Source: Candidatus Eiseniibacteriota bacterium (GTDB lineage Bacteria; Eisenbacteria; RBG-16-71-46). Taken from it: a stretch of 64,000 nucleotides of DNA. Both the position numbers and the translations under genes were made by a program. The DNA lies in NCBI GenBank assembly GCA_963707915.1, contig OY970178.1, positions 3,559,635 to 3,623,634 on the forward strand. The letters are read 5' to 3'. Position 1 is the stretch's first letter; each line of letters opens with the position of its first letter. Below are positions 9,958-19,593 of the stretch, piece by piece. The notes beneath the pieces were generated by a model, which was given only the letters and a program-made list of their open reading frames with translations, did no database searches and was not told the DNA's origin.

Positions 9958-11172
9958 CTACCAGGTCCTCACGCAGCGACGCTGGCCGATCTGGATCTCG
10001 GGCGGCGCGGCCGGGTCGAGCGCCCACCTCAGGCGCGCGATGGCCTCCACCAGGTCCTGCCGAGCGCCGGCGTAGGAGAGCCGCAGGTGCCCCTCCATGC
10101 CGAACTCCCGGCCCGGCACGGTGACCAGCAGCGCCTTCTCCAGCAGGAACTGCGAGAGCCGCATCGAGTCGCCGTCGTGGGCGCGGAGGTCGGGCAGGCA
10201 GTAGAACGTGCCGTCGGGTCTCGCGCACTTCACCCCGGGGATCGACGCCAGCCCCTGCATCACCAGGTCGCGGTGCTCCTGCATCGTGCGCCGCAGCGTC
10301 TCGACCACGCCCTGGTCGCCGTTCAGCGCGCCCTCGGCGCCCGCTTGCAGCACGGTGGAGCTGCAGGTCGTGGTCTGGCTCTGGATGTTGGTCATGACGG
10401 CCACCAGCTCGCGGCTGGCGACGGCCCAGCCGATGCGGAAGCCGGTCATGCCGTAGGTCTTCGCCACGCCGTTGACGAGCACGACCTTCGAGTGCTCCAC
10501 GTCGCGCGTGGTGTAGCGCCAGGCCGGCACGGCCTGGCGGCCGTCGAAGACCAGCTTGTGGTAGATGTCGTCCATCAGCAGGTGGATGCCCCGGCCCTCG
10601 CAGAGCTCCACCAGCCCCTGGATGAAGCCCTCGTCGTACATCACCCCGGAGGGGTTGTTCGGGCTGTTGCAGAGGACCGCCTTGGTGCGGGGGCTGAGCG
10701 CGCGCTCGACCTCGGCGAGGCCCGGGCGGAAGCCGCCGTCCGCCGCCGCGACGACCACCGGGACGCCGCGGCACATGCGCGTGATCTCCGGGTAGCTCAC
10801 CCAGTAGGGCGCCAGCAGGACGACCTCGTCCTGCGGGTCGAGCAGCGCGTAGAGCAGGTTGAACAGCGACTGCTTGGCGCCCGAGGAGACGATGACGTTC
10901 TCGGGCGCCACCCGGCGGCCGTAGTTCGCCTCGGTGTAGCGGAGGATGGCCTGCTTGAGCCCGGGGGTACCGTCGGTCGAGGCGTACTTGACGTCGCCCT
11001 GGTTCAGCACCGCCGCGGCCCCGGCGATGGCGGCCTCGGGCGTCTTGTTCTTGGGTTCGCCGATGCCGAGGTTGATCACGGCTTCGCCCTTCGCCCGCAG
11101 GACGCGGGCCTCCTCGCTCAGCTTGAGGGTGGGCGACTCGGCGATGGACGAGGCGAGCTGGCTGAGGCCCAT
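9958..11172 (-). CDS. PLP-dependent aminotransferase class I/II (aspartate aminotransferase-like)
   Basis: NLGIGEP, NSPNNPSG, DDIY, GVAKTYGMTGFRIGW (PLP lysine), LRLSYA; AGGAGG SD. Confidence 0.92.
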   Translation of the reverse strand: MGLSQLASSIAESPTLKLSEEARVLRAKGEAVINLGIGEPKNKTPEAAIAGAAAVLNQGDVKYASTDGTPGLKQAILRYTEANYGRRVAPENVIVSSGAKQSLFNLLYALLDPQDEVVLLAPYWVSYPEITRMCRGVPVVVAAADGGFRPGLAEVERALSPRTKAVLCNSPNNPSGVMYDEGFIQGLVELCEGRGIHLLMDDIYHKLVFDGRQAVPAWRYTTRDVEHSKVVLVNGVAKTYGMTGFRIGWAVASRELVAVMTNIQSQTTTCSSTVLQAGAEGALNGDQGVVETLRRTMQEHRDLVMQGLASIPGVKCARPDGTFYCLPDLRAHDGDSMRLSQFLLEKALLVTVPGREFGMEGHLRLSYAGARQDLVEAIARLRWALDPAAPPEIQIGQRRCVRTW

Positions 11173-11351
11173 CGGGTGTTGACCTCCTGGGAGCGGACGC
11201 GGCGACTCCACCGCAGGAAAGGCGATCACCGCAGTATAGGCACCGCCTTCCGCGGCGGACAAGCGTCCGCATGGCACGGTGCGCGCTCCGTCCGCCGAAT
11301 TTCGTTCGGTCCGCGCGGTGCCCGCGCCGCGCGCGAGGGCGGACCGGGGGA

Positions 11352-13847
11352 TCAACGCAGCTGCACGATCCTGGCGGTCCGCGTCTCGCCCGCCGCCTCG
11401 ATCCGCAGGAAGTAGACGCCGGCCGCCACGGGGGCGCCGGCCGCGTCGCGGCCATCCCAGCGGGCGAGGTGCGTGCCGGCGGCGTGCACGCCGTCCACCA
11501 GCCCGCGCACCCGCCGGCCGCGCACGTCGAAGACGTCGAGCCGCGCCCTTCCCGGCCGCGGCAGGTCGAAGGAGACGCTCGCCGTGCCGCGTGAGGGGCT
11601 CGGCGAAACGGGCCCCAGGCGCAGGCCCGGCGCCCCGGGGACGGGCACGGGGACGTCCACGACCGCGCGCGGCGCCAGCAGCAGCAACCCCATCTGCGGG
11701 ATCGTGAGCGTGGCCGACTGGGCGTAGCCGTCCCACGGCGCGGCCTGGGACGCGATCGTGCCCGGGTTGCCGACACCGTTGCCGTCGTAGGCCGTGGCCT
11801 GGCTGTTGAGGATCTCCTCCCAGTCGCCCGCGGCCGGCAGACCGATGACGTAGTTCGAGAGGTTCGCGTTGCCGAAGTTGGCGATCACCACGAGGGGCCG
11901 GCCCGACGGGTCGCTGCGGCGGAACGCGACGACGTTGTTCAGTTCGTCCACGTGGAAGACCTGCCAGGGCGCGTCGGCCTTGAGCGCGGGCCGCGTCCGG
12001 CGATGGCCGATCAGGTCCCTGAAGTACCGCTGGATGTTCGCGTACGTGGTCCGCTTGGACCAGTCGATCCGGTTGGCGGCATCGGTGCCGAAGTCGGTGT
12101 CCTCGAGCCACTCGGTGCCCATCAGGAACGCCGGCACCCCGGGCGAGAGCAGCACGAGCCCCTGCCCCAGCTTCACGCGGCCCTTCGCGTAGAGGTCGTC
12201 GTGCGGGGCGACCGGGTCGATGGTCTTGACGATCCGTTGTCCGCCGCTGGTGGGCCAGCACTCGTCGTGCAGCTCGAGGAAGTCGAGCTTCCGCTTCCCG
12301 CTCAGCCAGCTCCCGCCGCCGTTGATCACGTCGCGGATCTGCGACATCTGCGGATCGCCCGAGCCCGCGGCGACGATGGCGTCGTGCAGCGTGTGCGCGA
12401 AGGCGTCGTGGTAGCTGCCGTCGAAGCCCGCGCCGCCCGTGCCGGTGGGGCGGACGATCCAGTCGTCGTCCGGGCGCTGCTCGGCGATGGTGATCCGGTC
12501 GGCGAACCGGCCGTTCTTCTCGTCGTTCAGGCGCTGCATCAGGGCCCAGCCCGAGGCGTCCTGCGGCGGGACGTTCATGTAGTCGGTGGCGTCCATGCGG
12601 AAGCCGTCCACGTGGAACTCCTCGAGCCAGGTCAGCGCGCTGTGGGCGTAGTAGTCGCGGACCGCCGCCTTGTCGAAGTCGGCCTGGGAGCCCCAGGGCG
12701 TGTTCACCGCGACCGAGTCGAAGTAGGTCTGCGAGCCGTCGTAGTTCCACATGAAGTTGTCATTGGTGGTGAAGTGGTTCCAGACGATGTCGAGGAGCAC
12801 CGCGATGCCGTTGCGGTGCAGCGTGTCGATCATCTGCTTGAGCTCGTCGGGGGTGCCGTACTTCCACTCGGGCGCCCAGGCGCTCTGCGGGTTGTAACCG
12901 GCGGAGAAGTCGCCCGGGAACTCGTTCACCGGGTTGAGCATCACCGCGTTGATGCCCAGGTCCACGAGGTGGCCGACGCGCGCAGCGACGTCGACGTAGC
13001 GGGAGGGCATTGGCGCGGTGCCGTACGGGTCGTTGCGTCCGGCGAAGGTGCCGACGTGGAGCTGGTAGACCACCAGGTCCTCGAGCGCCGGGGTGGACCA
13101 GGCGGAGTCGCCCCAGGCGTAGCGGAACGGGTCCTCGATGCGGGCGTTCAGGTTGTCGCTCGGGTCGAGCGAGCGGGCCCGCGCATCGGTGTTCCAGACC
13201 GCGTTGTTGAAGAAGTACTTGTACTTCTGGCGGTCCGCGGTGGCGGCGACCCGCGCCACGAAGTGCTCGCCCACCCGGGTCATCGGGTTGCCGAGGCCCC
13301 AGGCGTTGAACTCCCCGCGCACGTGGACCGTCGTGCGCGTCGGCGCCCATACCTTGAAGACGGTGCCGCCGCCGTTCACCCGCGTGGCCCCGACCGGGGC
13401 GTGGGAAAGCGTGGCGAAGTCCACGAGGAACCCGCCGTCGGAGGGCGGGCCATCGTTCATCCCGTTCGCGCTCAGGGCGTCGGTGTCGCTGCCGTCGGTG
13501 AGCTCGATCCAGTAGCGCAGCGTGTCCGTGAGCGCGGCCGGCGCCTGTGCGGTCCACAGGTCGTAGGGGCCCCGCGTGCCGGTCCGCGCCGCCGCGACCC
13601 AGGCGACCGCGCCGCCGTTGGTGACGCAGAGCCGGGCCGAGGTGAGGTCGTTCGCGTAGGTCTGGAAGCGGACCTGGAAGCCCTCGCGGCCCACCGGGCA
13701 GACCGGCCGGCGATCCTGCCATGGGACGTGCGAGACGCCATTCCACTCGACGTTGCCGTCGGGCGCGGCGCCGGGCGAGGGCGTGGCGGCAAGGGCGAGG
13801 ACGAACAGGGCGCAGGCGGCGGGTGTCGGGAAGCTCGGCAGTCGCAA
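11352..13847 (-). CDS. Exported GH13 alpha-amylase-family glycoside hydrolase (CBM48, TreZ/GlgB-like) with C-terminal FlgD-Ig tail
   Basis: Signal peptide; FKVWAP, YQLHVGTF, DIVWNH, DGFRMDAT (nucleophile), IAEQ, LHDE; C-terminal DVRGRRV...WDGRD...GVYF. Confidence 0.88.
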   Translation of the reverse strand: MRLPSFPTPAACALFVLALAATPSPGAAPDGNVEWNGVSHVPWQDRRPVCPVGREGFQVRFQTYANDLTSARLCVTNGGAVAWVAAARTGTRGPYDLWTAQAPAALTDTLRYWIELTDGSDTDALSANGMNDGPPSDGGFLVDFATLSHAPVGATRVNGGGTVFKVWAPTRTTVHVRGEFNAWGLGNPMTRVGEHFVARVAATADRQKYKYFFNNAVWNTDARARSLDPSDNLNARIEDPFRYAWGDSAWSTPALEDLVVYQLHVGTFAGRNDPYGTAPMPSRYVDVAARVGHLVDLGINAVMLNPVNEFPGDFSAGYNPQSAWAPEWKYGTPDELKQMIDTLHRNGIAVLLDIVWNHFTTNDNFMWNYDGSQTYFDSVAVNTPWGSQADFDKAAVRDYYAHSALTWLEEFHVDGFRMDATDYMNVPPQDASGWALMQRLNDEKNGRFADRITIAEQRPDDDWIVRPTGTGGAGFDGSYHDAFAHTLHDAIVAAGSGDPQMSQIRDVINGGGSWLSGKRKLDFLELHDECWPTSGGQRIVKTIDPVAPHDDLYAKGRVKLGQGLVLLSPGVPAFLMGTEWLEDTDFGTDAANRIDWSKRTTYANIQRYFRDLIGHRRTRPALKADAPWQVFHVDELNNVVAFRRSDPSGRPLVVIANFGNANLSNYVIGLPAAGDWEEILNSQATAYDGNGVGNPGTIASQAAPWDGYAQSATLTIPQMGLLLLAPRAVVDVPVPVPGAPGLRLGPVSPSPSRGTASVSFDLPRPGRARLDVFDVRGRRVRGLVDGVHAAGTHLARWDGRDAAGAPVAAGVYFLRIEAAGETRTARIVQLR

Positions 13848-14131
13848 GCGGGGCTCCGTGGCGATCGTGACCCGGGATGTGGGATGCCCGCCGGATGCAG
13901 GCCGGCCGGTGGCAGAGGCATCAAGGCTACCATGCGGGCCCCCGCAGGCCGAATCGCGGCCCGCCGGCCCGCGCCCCGGCCGCCGGGACCGGGCCGGCCC
14001 CTTCCCCGGTCGGCGCTTGGGCGTGCGCGCCCGAGTTGGTCTAGAATGCCACGGTCCTTCGCACCGTCGCCGTCGGGCGGGCCGCGTGGCGTGGTCCGCC
14101 CTTCATGAACCTCTCAACCGGAAGGTCGCAC

Positions 14132-15025
14132 GTGGAATTCCGCAAGCTGGGCATCGTCGGCGGGGGCACGATGGGCAAGTCCATCGCCGAGAAGGTCGCG
14201 TCCAACGGCATCGACGTCATCGTGGTGGAGATCGACCAGGCGATGGCCGAGCGGGCCCGCGAGGAGCTGGTCCGCATGCTGGACCGCGAGCTCGAGAAGT
14301 GGGCCATCACGGCGTCCGAGAAGAAGGTGGTCCTGTCGCGCGTGCGCTTCACCGCCGACCTCGCCGAGCTCGCCGCGACCGACATGGTCATCGAGACGGT
14401 GAACGAGGACCTCGAGACCAAGAAGGACGTCATGCGGCGACTCGGCGCGGTCTGCCCGCCCGATCGCATCTTCATCACCAACACCTCGATCCTGAGCATC
14501 ACCGAGATCGCGGCGGCCTCGGGGCGGCCCGACAAGGTGCTGGGCATGCACTTCATGCGCCCGGTGACGCGCACCCCGGTGGTCGAGGTGGTCCGCGGGG
14601 TCGAGACCTCGGACGAGACCTACGGGCAGGCCCTGGCCCTGGCCCAGGCCCTCGAGAAGACGCCGGTCGCGGTGTTCGAGTACCCGGGCTACGTCGTCAC
14701 CCGCGTCATGCTGCCGATGCTGAACGAGGCCATGTACGTGGTCATGGAGGGCGTGGCCAGCGCCGAGGACGTGGACCTGGCGATGAAGCTCTCCTACGAG
14801 TTCCGCGTCGGGCCGCTCGAGTTCGCCGACCGCGTCGGGCTCGACAAGATCATGGGCTGGATGGACCACCTGTTCCGCGAGCTGGGGGACATCAAGTACC
14901 GCCCCTGCCCGCTGCTGCACAAGCTGGTGCGCGCCGGGCACCTCGGCCGCAAGACCGGCCGCGGCTTCTTCGCGTACGACGGGCACCAGCGCGTGGCCGG
15001 CGCCGGGAAGGAGGCCGCGCTGTGA
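14132..15025 (+). CDS. 3-hydroxyacyl-CoA (3-hydroxybutyryl-CoA) dehydrogenase family
   Basis: [50 protein letters not shown]. Confidence 0.9.
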   Translation: MEFRKLGIVGGGTMGKSIAEKVASNGIDVIVVEIDQAMAERAREELVRMLDRELEKWAITASEKKVVLSRVRFTADLAELAATDMVIETVNEDLETKKDVMRRLGAVCPPDRIFITNTSILSITEIAAASGRPDKVLGMHFMRPVTRTPVVEVVRGVETSDETYGQALALAQALEKTPVAVFEYPGYVVTRVMLPMLNEAMYVVMEGVASAEDVDLAMKLSYEFRVGPLEFADRVGLDKIMGWMDHLFRELGDIKYRPCPLLHKLVRAGHLGRKTGRGFFAYDGHQRVAGAGKEAAL

Positions 15026-16263
15026 AGGTCCTCGTCATCAATTCCGGATCCTCGTCCGTCAAGTACCAGCTCATCGAGACCTCGTTCGAGCTGATCGACC
15101 AGGACAGCGACCACGCCATCGCCCGCGGCTCGGTGGAGCGCATCGGGACCTCGAGCGCCGTCCACACCTACCGCCCCGCGGGGCAGGACAAGGTGAGCGT
15201 GGTCAAGGAGATCCTCGAACACCGGGTGGCCATCGCCGACATCATCCAGACGCTCACCGCCCCGCAGACCGGCGTGATCCGCGAGGTTGCCGAGATCGAG
15301 GCGGTGGGCCACCGCATGGTGCACGGCGGCGAGAAGTTCACGCAGTCGGCCCTGTGCTCGGCCGAGGTGGTCCAGGAGATCGAGGACTGCTGCGAACTGG
15401 CGCCGCTGCACAATCCCCACAACCTGCGCGGCTTCCACGCGGCCAAGGCGATCCTGCCCGACGTGCCGCACGCGGCGGTGTTCGACACGTCCTACCACCA
15501 GACCATGCCGCAGCACGCCTACCTGTACGGCCTGCCGCACGTGCTCTACACCCGGCACGGCATCCGGCGCTACGGCTTCCACGGCACCTCGCACCGCTTC
15601 GTGGGCTGGCGCTCGCGCAAGCTGCTCGGGCGGCCGCGCGAGGAGACGCGCCTGATCACCTGCCACCTGGGCAACGGCGCCAGCATCTGCGCCATCGACC
15701 ACGGCCGGTCGGTGGACACCTCGATGGGCTTCACGCCGCTCGAGGGGCTGCTGATGGGCACGCGCTGCGGCGACCTCGACCCGGCGGTCATCTTCTACGT
15801 CATGCACAAGGAGGACCTGACCGAGTACGAGGCCAGCACCATGATGAACAAGCACTCGGGCCTGTTCGGGGTCTCGGGCCTGTCGAACGACATGCTCGAG
15901 CTCGAGAAGGCCGAGGCGCAGGGACACGAGCGCGCCCGGCTGGCGATCGACATCTTCTGCTACCGCGTGAAGAAGTACGTCGCGGGCTACGCCGCGGCCA
16001 TGGGCGGGGTGGACGCGGTCGTCTTTACCGGCGGGATCGGCGAGAACTCGTCGGTGGTGCGGGCGCGTTCGATGGCGGGGCTCGAGTTCATGGGCGCCGG
16101 GATCGACCCCGCGGCCAACGCGGCGGCGATGAAGGGCAAGGAGGCCGACATCTCGACGCCGGACGCGAAGGTGCGCACGCTGGTCATCCCCACGAACGAA
16201 GAGCTGATCATCGCCCGTGACACGCTGCGGCTGGTGAAGGGCAAGCTCCGGCCGGCGAGCTGA
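15022..16263 (+). CDS. ackA: Acetate kinase
   Basis: [78 protein letters not shown]. Confidence 0.95.
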   Translation: MKVLVINSGSSSVKYQLIETSFELIDQDSDHAIARGSVERIGTSSAVHTYRPAGQDKVSVVKEILEHRVAIADIIQTLTAPQTGVIREVAEIEAVGHRMVHGGEKFTQSALCSAEVVQEIEDCCELAPLHNPHNLRGFHAAKAILPDVPHAAVFDTSYHQTMPQHAYLYGLPHVLYTRHGIRRYGFHGTSHRFVGWRSRKLLGRPREETRLITCHLGNGASICAIDHGRSVDTSMGFTPLEGLLMGTRCGDLDPAVIFYVMHKEDLTEYEASTMMNKHSGLFGVSGLSNDMLELEKAEAQGHERARLAIDIFCYRVKKYVAGYAAAMGGVDAVVFTGGIGENSSVVRARSMAGLEFMGAGIDPAANAAAMKGKEADISTPDAKVRTLVIPTNEELIIARDTLRLVKGKLRPAS

Positions 16264-16272
16264 TCGAAGTGG

Positions 16273-16314
16273 GACGCCCCGGGGCCCGCTCGGGCACCCG
16301 GGGCGTCGCTTGTT
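16273..16314 (+). terminator. Putative intrinsic terminator after ackA
   Basis: GACGCCCCGGG...CCCGGGGCGTC stem followed by GCTTGTT. Confidence 0.55.
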
Positions 16315-16433
16315 CGGGGCCGGTCACCGGTCCGTCGCAGGGGGCGGGTCCCGGGCGACCGAAGGACGGCTAAGTACGGACACGCTCGCCCTTCGGCCGC
16401 CCGGGTCCCGCCTCCCGGTGTGAGCGGGGCGGG

Positions 16434-17582
16434 TCAGCCGACGTCGGCGGTGACCACCATCGGGTGGCGGATGAGGGCGAACGCCAGGCTCGCCGAGAGC
16501 CCCCCACCGAAGCCGAAGAACCCGACGCGACGCCCCACCGTGAGCGCGTCCGCGTTCAGGGACAGGGCGAGCGGGACCGAGGCGCTGGTGGTGTTGCCGA
16601 AGCGCCCGCCGGCGGTCAGCACCTGGCCGCGGAAGCCGCTCTTCTTCCACTGGGCGATGATCTGCTCGTTCAGCATCAGGTTGGCCTCGTGCAGGGCCAC
16701 GGCGTCGAGCTCGTCGAGCCTCCAGCCCGCCTTGGCGAGCGCGGCCGTGATCCCGGGTCCGCCCACGAACGGCACCAGCACTTCCTTCACCGCGCGGCCG
16801 TCCATCGCCAGGAGGTGCCGGCCGTTCGCGATGTCCTCGGCCGAGCGCAGCGGCGAGCGCGAGCCGCCCGCGGGCGTCTGGATGATCTCCGCGTGGCCGC
16901 CGTCGAGCCAGGACCAGAAGCGCTCCGGCGCGAACCAGTCCTCCTCGGCGGGGACCGCCTCGCAGAGCGTGGCGGTGCCGGCATCCCCCAGCACCGTGGC
17001 GAACGACCGGTCGCGCCAGTTGATGGTCGTGCTCATGCGGTCCGCGCCCACCACCACGATGCGCCGCGCCATCCCCGAGCGGATCAGGGCGTAGGCGAGC
17101 GCCAGGGACGCCACCCAGGACGAGCAGGCGAGCGAGACGTCGGCGGCCTTCATCTCGTGCGGCAGGCCGCCCACGAGGGCCGGGATGCCGAGCGCCTCCT
17201 GCAGCAGGGCCGCGTCGGGCGGGCTGTAGAGGTAGGAGGGGGTCACGCTGCCGAACAGGATCCCGTCCACGCTCGCGGGGTCCGTCCCCGTGGTCTCGAG
17301 CAGCCGGCGCGCGGCCAGGGTCGCCAGGTCGATCGTGCCCTGGCCCTCCGCGCTGAAACGGCGCTCGCTGAAGCCGATGAAACGCCGCACCCAGCGGTCG
17401 CTGGTCGCGAACTCGCGGGCCTCGTCGGGGGTGAGCCCGTGCCCGCGCTCCTGCCGCAACTGGGCGTCACGCCGGAGGCGCGCCAGGCGCAGCCGCGCCG
17501 CCACCTTTTCGTTGCTCCAGACCTGGCGCGGAGCGTAGGAACTGATGCCGGCGAGACGCATGCCGAAGGTCTGATGGTTCAC
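16434..17582 (-). CDS. 3-oxoacyl-ACP synthase III (FabH-like)
   Basis: Cys-His-Asn triad: LACSS, LHEAN, FGNTTSASVPLAL; FGFGGGLS. Confidence 0.88.
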   Translation of the reverse strand: MNHQTFGMRLAGISSYAPRQVWSNEKVAARLRLARLRRDAQLRQERGHGLTPDEAREFATSDRWVRRFIGFSERRFSAEGQGTIDLATLAARRLLETTGTDPASVDGILFGSVTPSYLYSPPDAALLQEALGIPALVGGLPHEMKAADVSLACSSWVASLALAYALIRSGMARRIVVVGADRMSTTINWRDRSFATVLGDAGTATLCEAVPAEEDWFAPERFWSWLDGGHAEIIQTPAGGSRSPLRSAEDIANGRHLLAMDGRAVKEVLVPFVGGPGITAALAKAGWRLDELDAVALHEANLMLNEQIIAQWKKSGFRGQVLTAGGRFGNTTSASVPLALSLNADALTVGRRVGFFGFGGGLSASLAFALIRHPMVVTADVG

Positions 17583-17714
17583 GTCCTGACTCCTTGGCGG
17601 GGCCGGGTGCGGCCGCAGTGGGACCCGATGGTTTCCGCCGCGACCCTACCACCGGGGCCGCGGCGCTCCAACCGGCACGGGCGCTGGACCTGACGAATCC
17701 CTGACGCGCCGCCG

Positions 17715-18926
17715 CTAGCCGCGCGCGCTGCCCACCGCGCTCGGGATGGCCGCGAACGCCTGCTGGAGGTCGGCGACCAGGTCCTCGACATCCTCGATGC
17801 CGGTGGAGTAGCGCACCAGGCCGTCGGTGATGCCCGCCTCGAGCCGGGCCTCGCGCGACATCCCGGCGTGCGTCATCGAGGCCGGGTGCTCGATGAGCGT
17901 CTCGACGCCGCCGAGGGACACGGCCAGGGTCGCCAGCTTGACGTTGTCCATGACCGCGCGGCCGGCCTCCAGGCCGCCCTTGAGCTCGAAGCTGATCATG
18001 GTGCCGAAGCCCGACATCTGCCGCTTCGCCAGCTCGTGCTGGGGATGCGACGGCAGGCCGATGTAGCGCACCCAGTCCACTTCGGGCCGGGACTCGAGCC
18101 AGCGGGCGATCTCGAGCGCGCCGCGCTGTGCGCGTTCGATGCGGATGCCCAGGGTCTTCACGCCGCGGAACACCAGGTAGGCCTGGTGCGGGTCCATGTT
18201 GCAGCCCAGCGCGATCATCAGCGGCCGCAGGCGCCGGTCCATCTCCTCGGTCTTCGCCACCAGGATGCCGCCCACGATGTCGGCGTGCCCGTTGATGAAC
18301 TTGGTCACCGAGTGCAGCGCGACGTCGGCGCCCAGGTCGAGGGGCTTCTGCAGGTAGGGGGAGGCGAAGGTGTTGTCCACCACCAGCGGGCAGCCGTGCG
18401 CGTGCGCGATCTCGGCCACCGCCCGGACGTCGGTGACCTGCATGGCCGGGTTCGACGGGGTCTCGATGTAGACCAGCCGGGTGTTCGGCCGCAGGGCCTT
18501 GCGCACGTTCGCCGCGTCGGTCGTGTCCACGAACGTGGCCTCGACGCCGAACCGGGAGAGGTGCTTCTCGACCAGGCCGCGCGACGGCCCGTAGACCGAG
18601 GCCGTGCTCACCATGTGGGCGCCCTTCTCCAGCAGCGCGAGGTACACGACCGAGACCGCGCCCATGCCCGAGCTGGTGGCGATGCCGCGCCGGCCGTTCT
18701 CCAGCTCGCCGATGCACTCCTCCAACGCTTTGATCGTCGGGTTGCCCAGGCGGGTGTAGATGTAGCCGTCGTCCGCGCCGCCGAAGAGCGCGGCCCCGTG
18801 CTCGGCGTTGCGGAAGGCGAACGTGGAGGTCTGGTAGATGGGGACCGTCACGGCCCCGGTGGCGGGGTCGCCATGGAACCCGGCGTGCACCAGTCGGGTG
18901 TTGATGCCCTGCTTCTTCGACTTCAC
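17715..18926 (-). CDS. Cys/Met metabolism PLP enzyme (methionine gamma-lyase / cystathionine lyase-like)
   Basis: PIYQTSTF, YIYTRLGNPT, SSGMGA, ETPSNP, VDNTF, HSVTKFINGH, AVSLGGVETLIEHPASMTH. Confidence 0.92.
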   Translation of the reverse strand: MKSKKQGINTRLVHAGFHGDPATGAVTVPIYQTSTFAFRNAEHGAALFGGADDGYIYTRLGNPTIKALEECIGELENGRRGIATSSGMGAVSVVYLALLEKGAHMVSTASVYGPSRGLVEKHLSRFGVEATFVDTTDAANVRKALRPNTRLVYIETPSNPAMQVTDVRAVAEIAHAHGCPLVVDNTFASPYLQKPLDLGADVALHSVTKFINGHADIVGGILVAKTEEMDRRLRPLMIALGCNMDPHQAYLVFRGVKTLGIRIERAQRGALEIARWLESRPEVDWVRYIGLPSHPQHELAKRQMSGFGTMISFELKGGLEAGRAVMDNVKLATLAVSLGGVETLIEHPASMTHAGMSREARLEAGITDGLVRYSTGIEDVEDLVADLQQAFAAIPSAVGSARG

Positions 18927-18987
18927 GACGGCCTCCCTCTGGGGCGGGGTGGTCCGGGTTCACTAGGGAACGGCGGAAAGGACTGCC

Positions 18988-19017
18988 AGATTACAGGGTC
19001 GCGCCGGGGAGGCTCAA
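18988..19017 (-). promoter_or_regulatory. Putative sigma70 promoter of the Cys/Met lyase gene
   Basis: Minus strand TTGAGC-18nt-TAATCT. Confidence 0.45.
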
Positions 19018-19145
19018 GCGGGAGGAATGCGGGGCGGGGACTGACCTTCCCCCCCAACGCTGGCTCAAGTCACGGTGCCAGTCACTCTGGTCGGTGGCAG
19101 ACGATAGCGCTGCCCCTGCTTGGGGCGGAGACGCCTGATCGTCTC

Positions 19146-19376
19146 CTACTCCGGCCGCACCAGGATCTCCCCGGCCACGGCGTCGTCGAGCGAGACCTCG
19201 GTCTCGCCGATGCGCAGCACCAGCGCGGGCTTCTTCTGCAGCACCGTGATCCAGGAGCCCGGCATCAGGCCCAGCGCGCCCAGGCGCGCCAGCCGGCCGT
19301 GGTTGTCGGACGCCAGCTCGACGACCTCGGCGCGCTGGCCAGGCTTGAGCCGGTGCAGCGGCACGGGGCGGCTCAT
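19146..19376 (-). CDS. feoA: Ferrous iron transport protein A
   Basis: 76 aa, LHRLKPGQRAEVV...RLGALGLMPGSWITVLQKKP...IGETEVSLDDAVA, SH3-like FeoA pattern; in the feoB operon. Confidence 0.88.
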   Translation of the reverse strand: MSRPVPLHRLKPGQRAEVVELASDNHGRLARLGALGLMPGSWITVLQKKPALVLRIGETEVSLDDAVAGEILVRPE

Positions 19377-19585
19377 GGTTTCGGCTCCGGCTTCCCGGGG
19401 TCGGCGGGCGCGTGCAGCATGCGGCGCAGCAGCTTCGCCGCGCCGGACTTGTTCTCGTCCACCATCTGGTAACCGCAGTTCGGGCAGCACACCAGGTTGC
19501 AGCCCTGGACCGCGGCCATAGGGCACGAGCGCAGGCAGGAGTGGTCGGTCTCGTCGAATTCGCAACCGCAGAGCGGGCAGAGCAT
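19373..19585 (-). CDS. Small Cys-rich putative metal/Fe-S binding protein (70 aa)
   Basis: MLCPLCGCEFDETDHSCLRSCPMAAVQGCNLVCCPNCGYQ...; 9 Cys; starts 8 nt after the feoB stop and its stop overlaps the feoA start. Confidence 0.8.
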   Translation of the reverse strand: MLCPLCGCEFDETDHSCLRSCPMAAVQGCNLVCCPNCGYQMVDENKSGAAKLLRRMLHAPADPGKPEPKP

Positions 19586-19593
19586 GGAGCGCC

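Noticed and set aside
8441..11776. N-terminally extended ORFs suggesting fusions (1111-aa phosphatase; likewise 13753, 32979, 41016, 42452 starts)
   Set aside because: The extensions are off-frame reads of neighbouring genes; the true starts with signal peptides or SD sites lie downstream.
19020..19145. Possible SAM riboswitch upstream of the Cys/Met lyase (GACTGGC.., CGGTGCCA fragments)
   Set aside because: No ATCxAGAG/GCAACC core in the proper order on the coding strand, and the region lies upstream of the putative promoter. An Infernal search would be needed to revive it.
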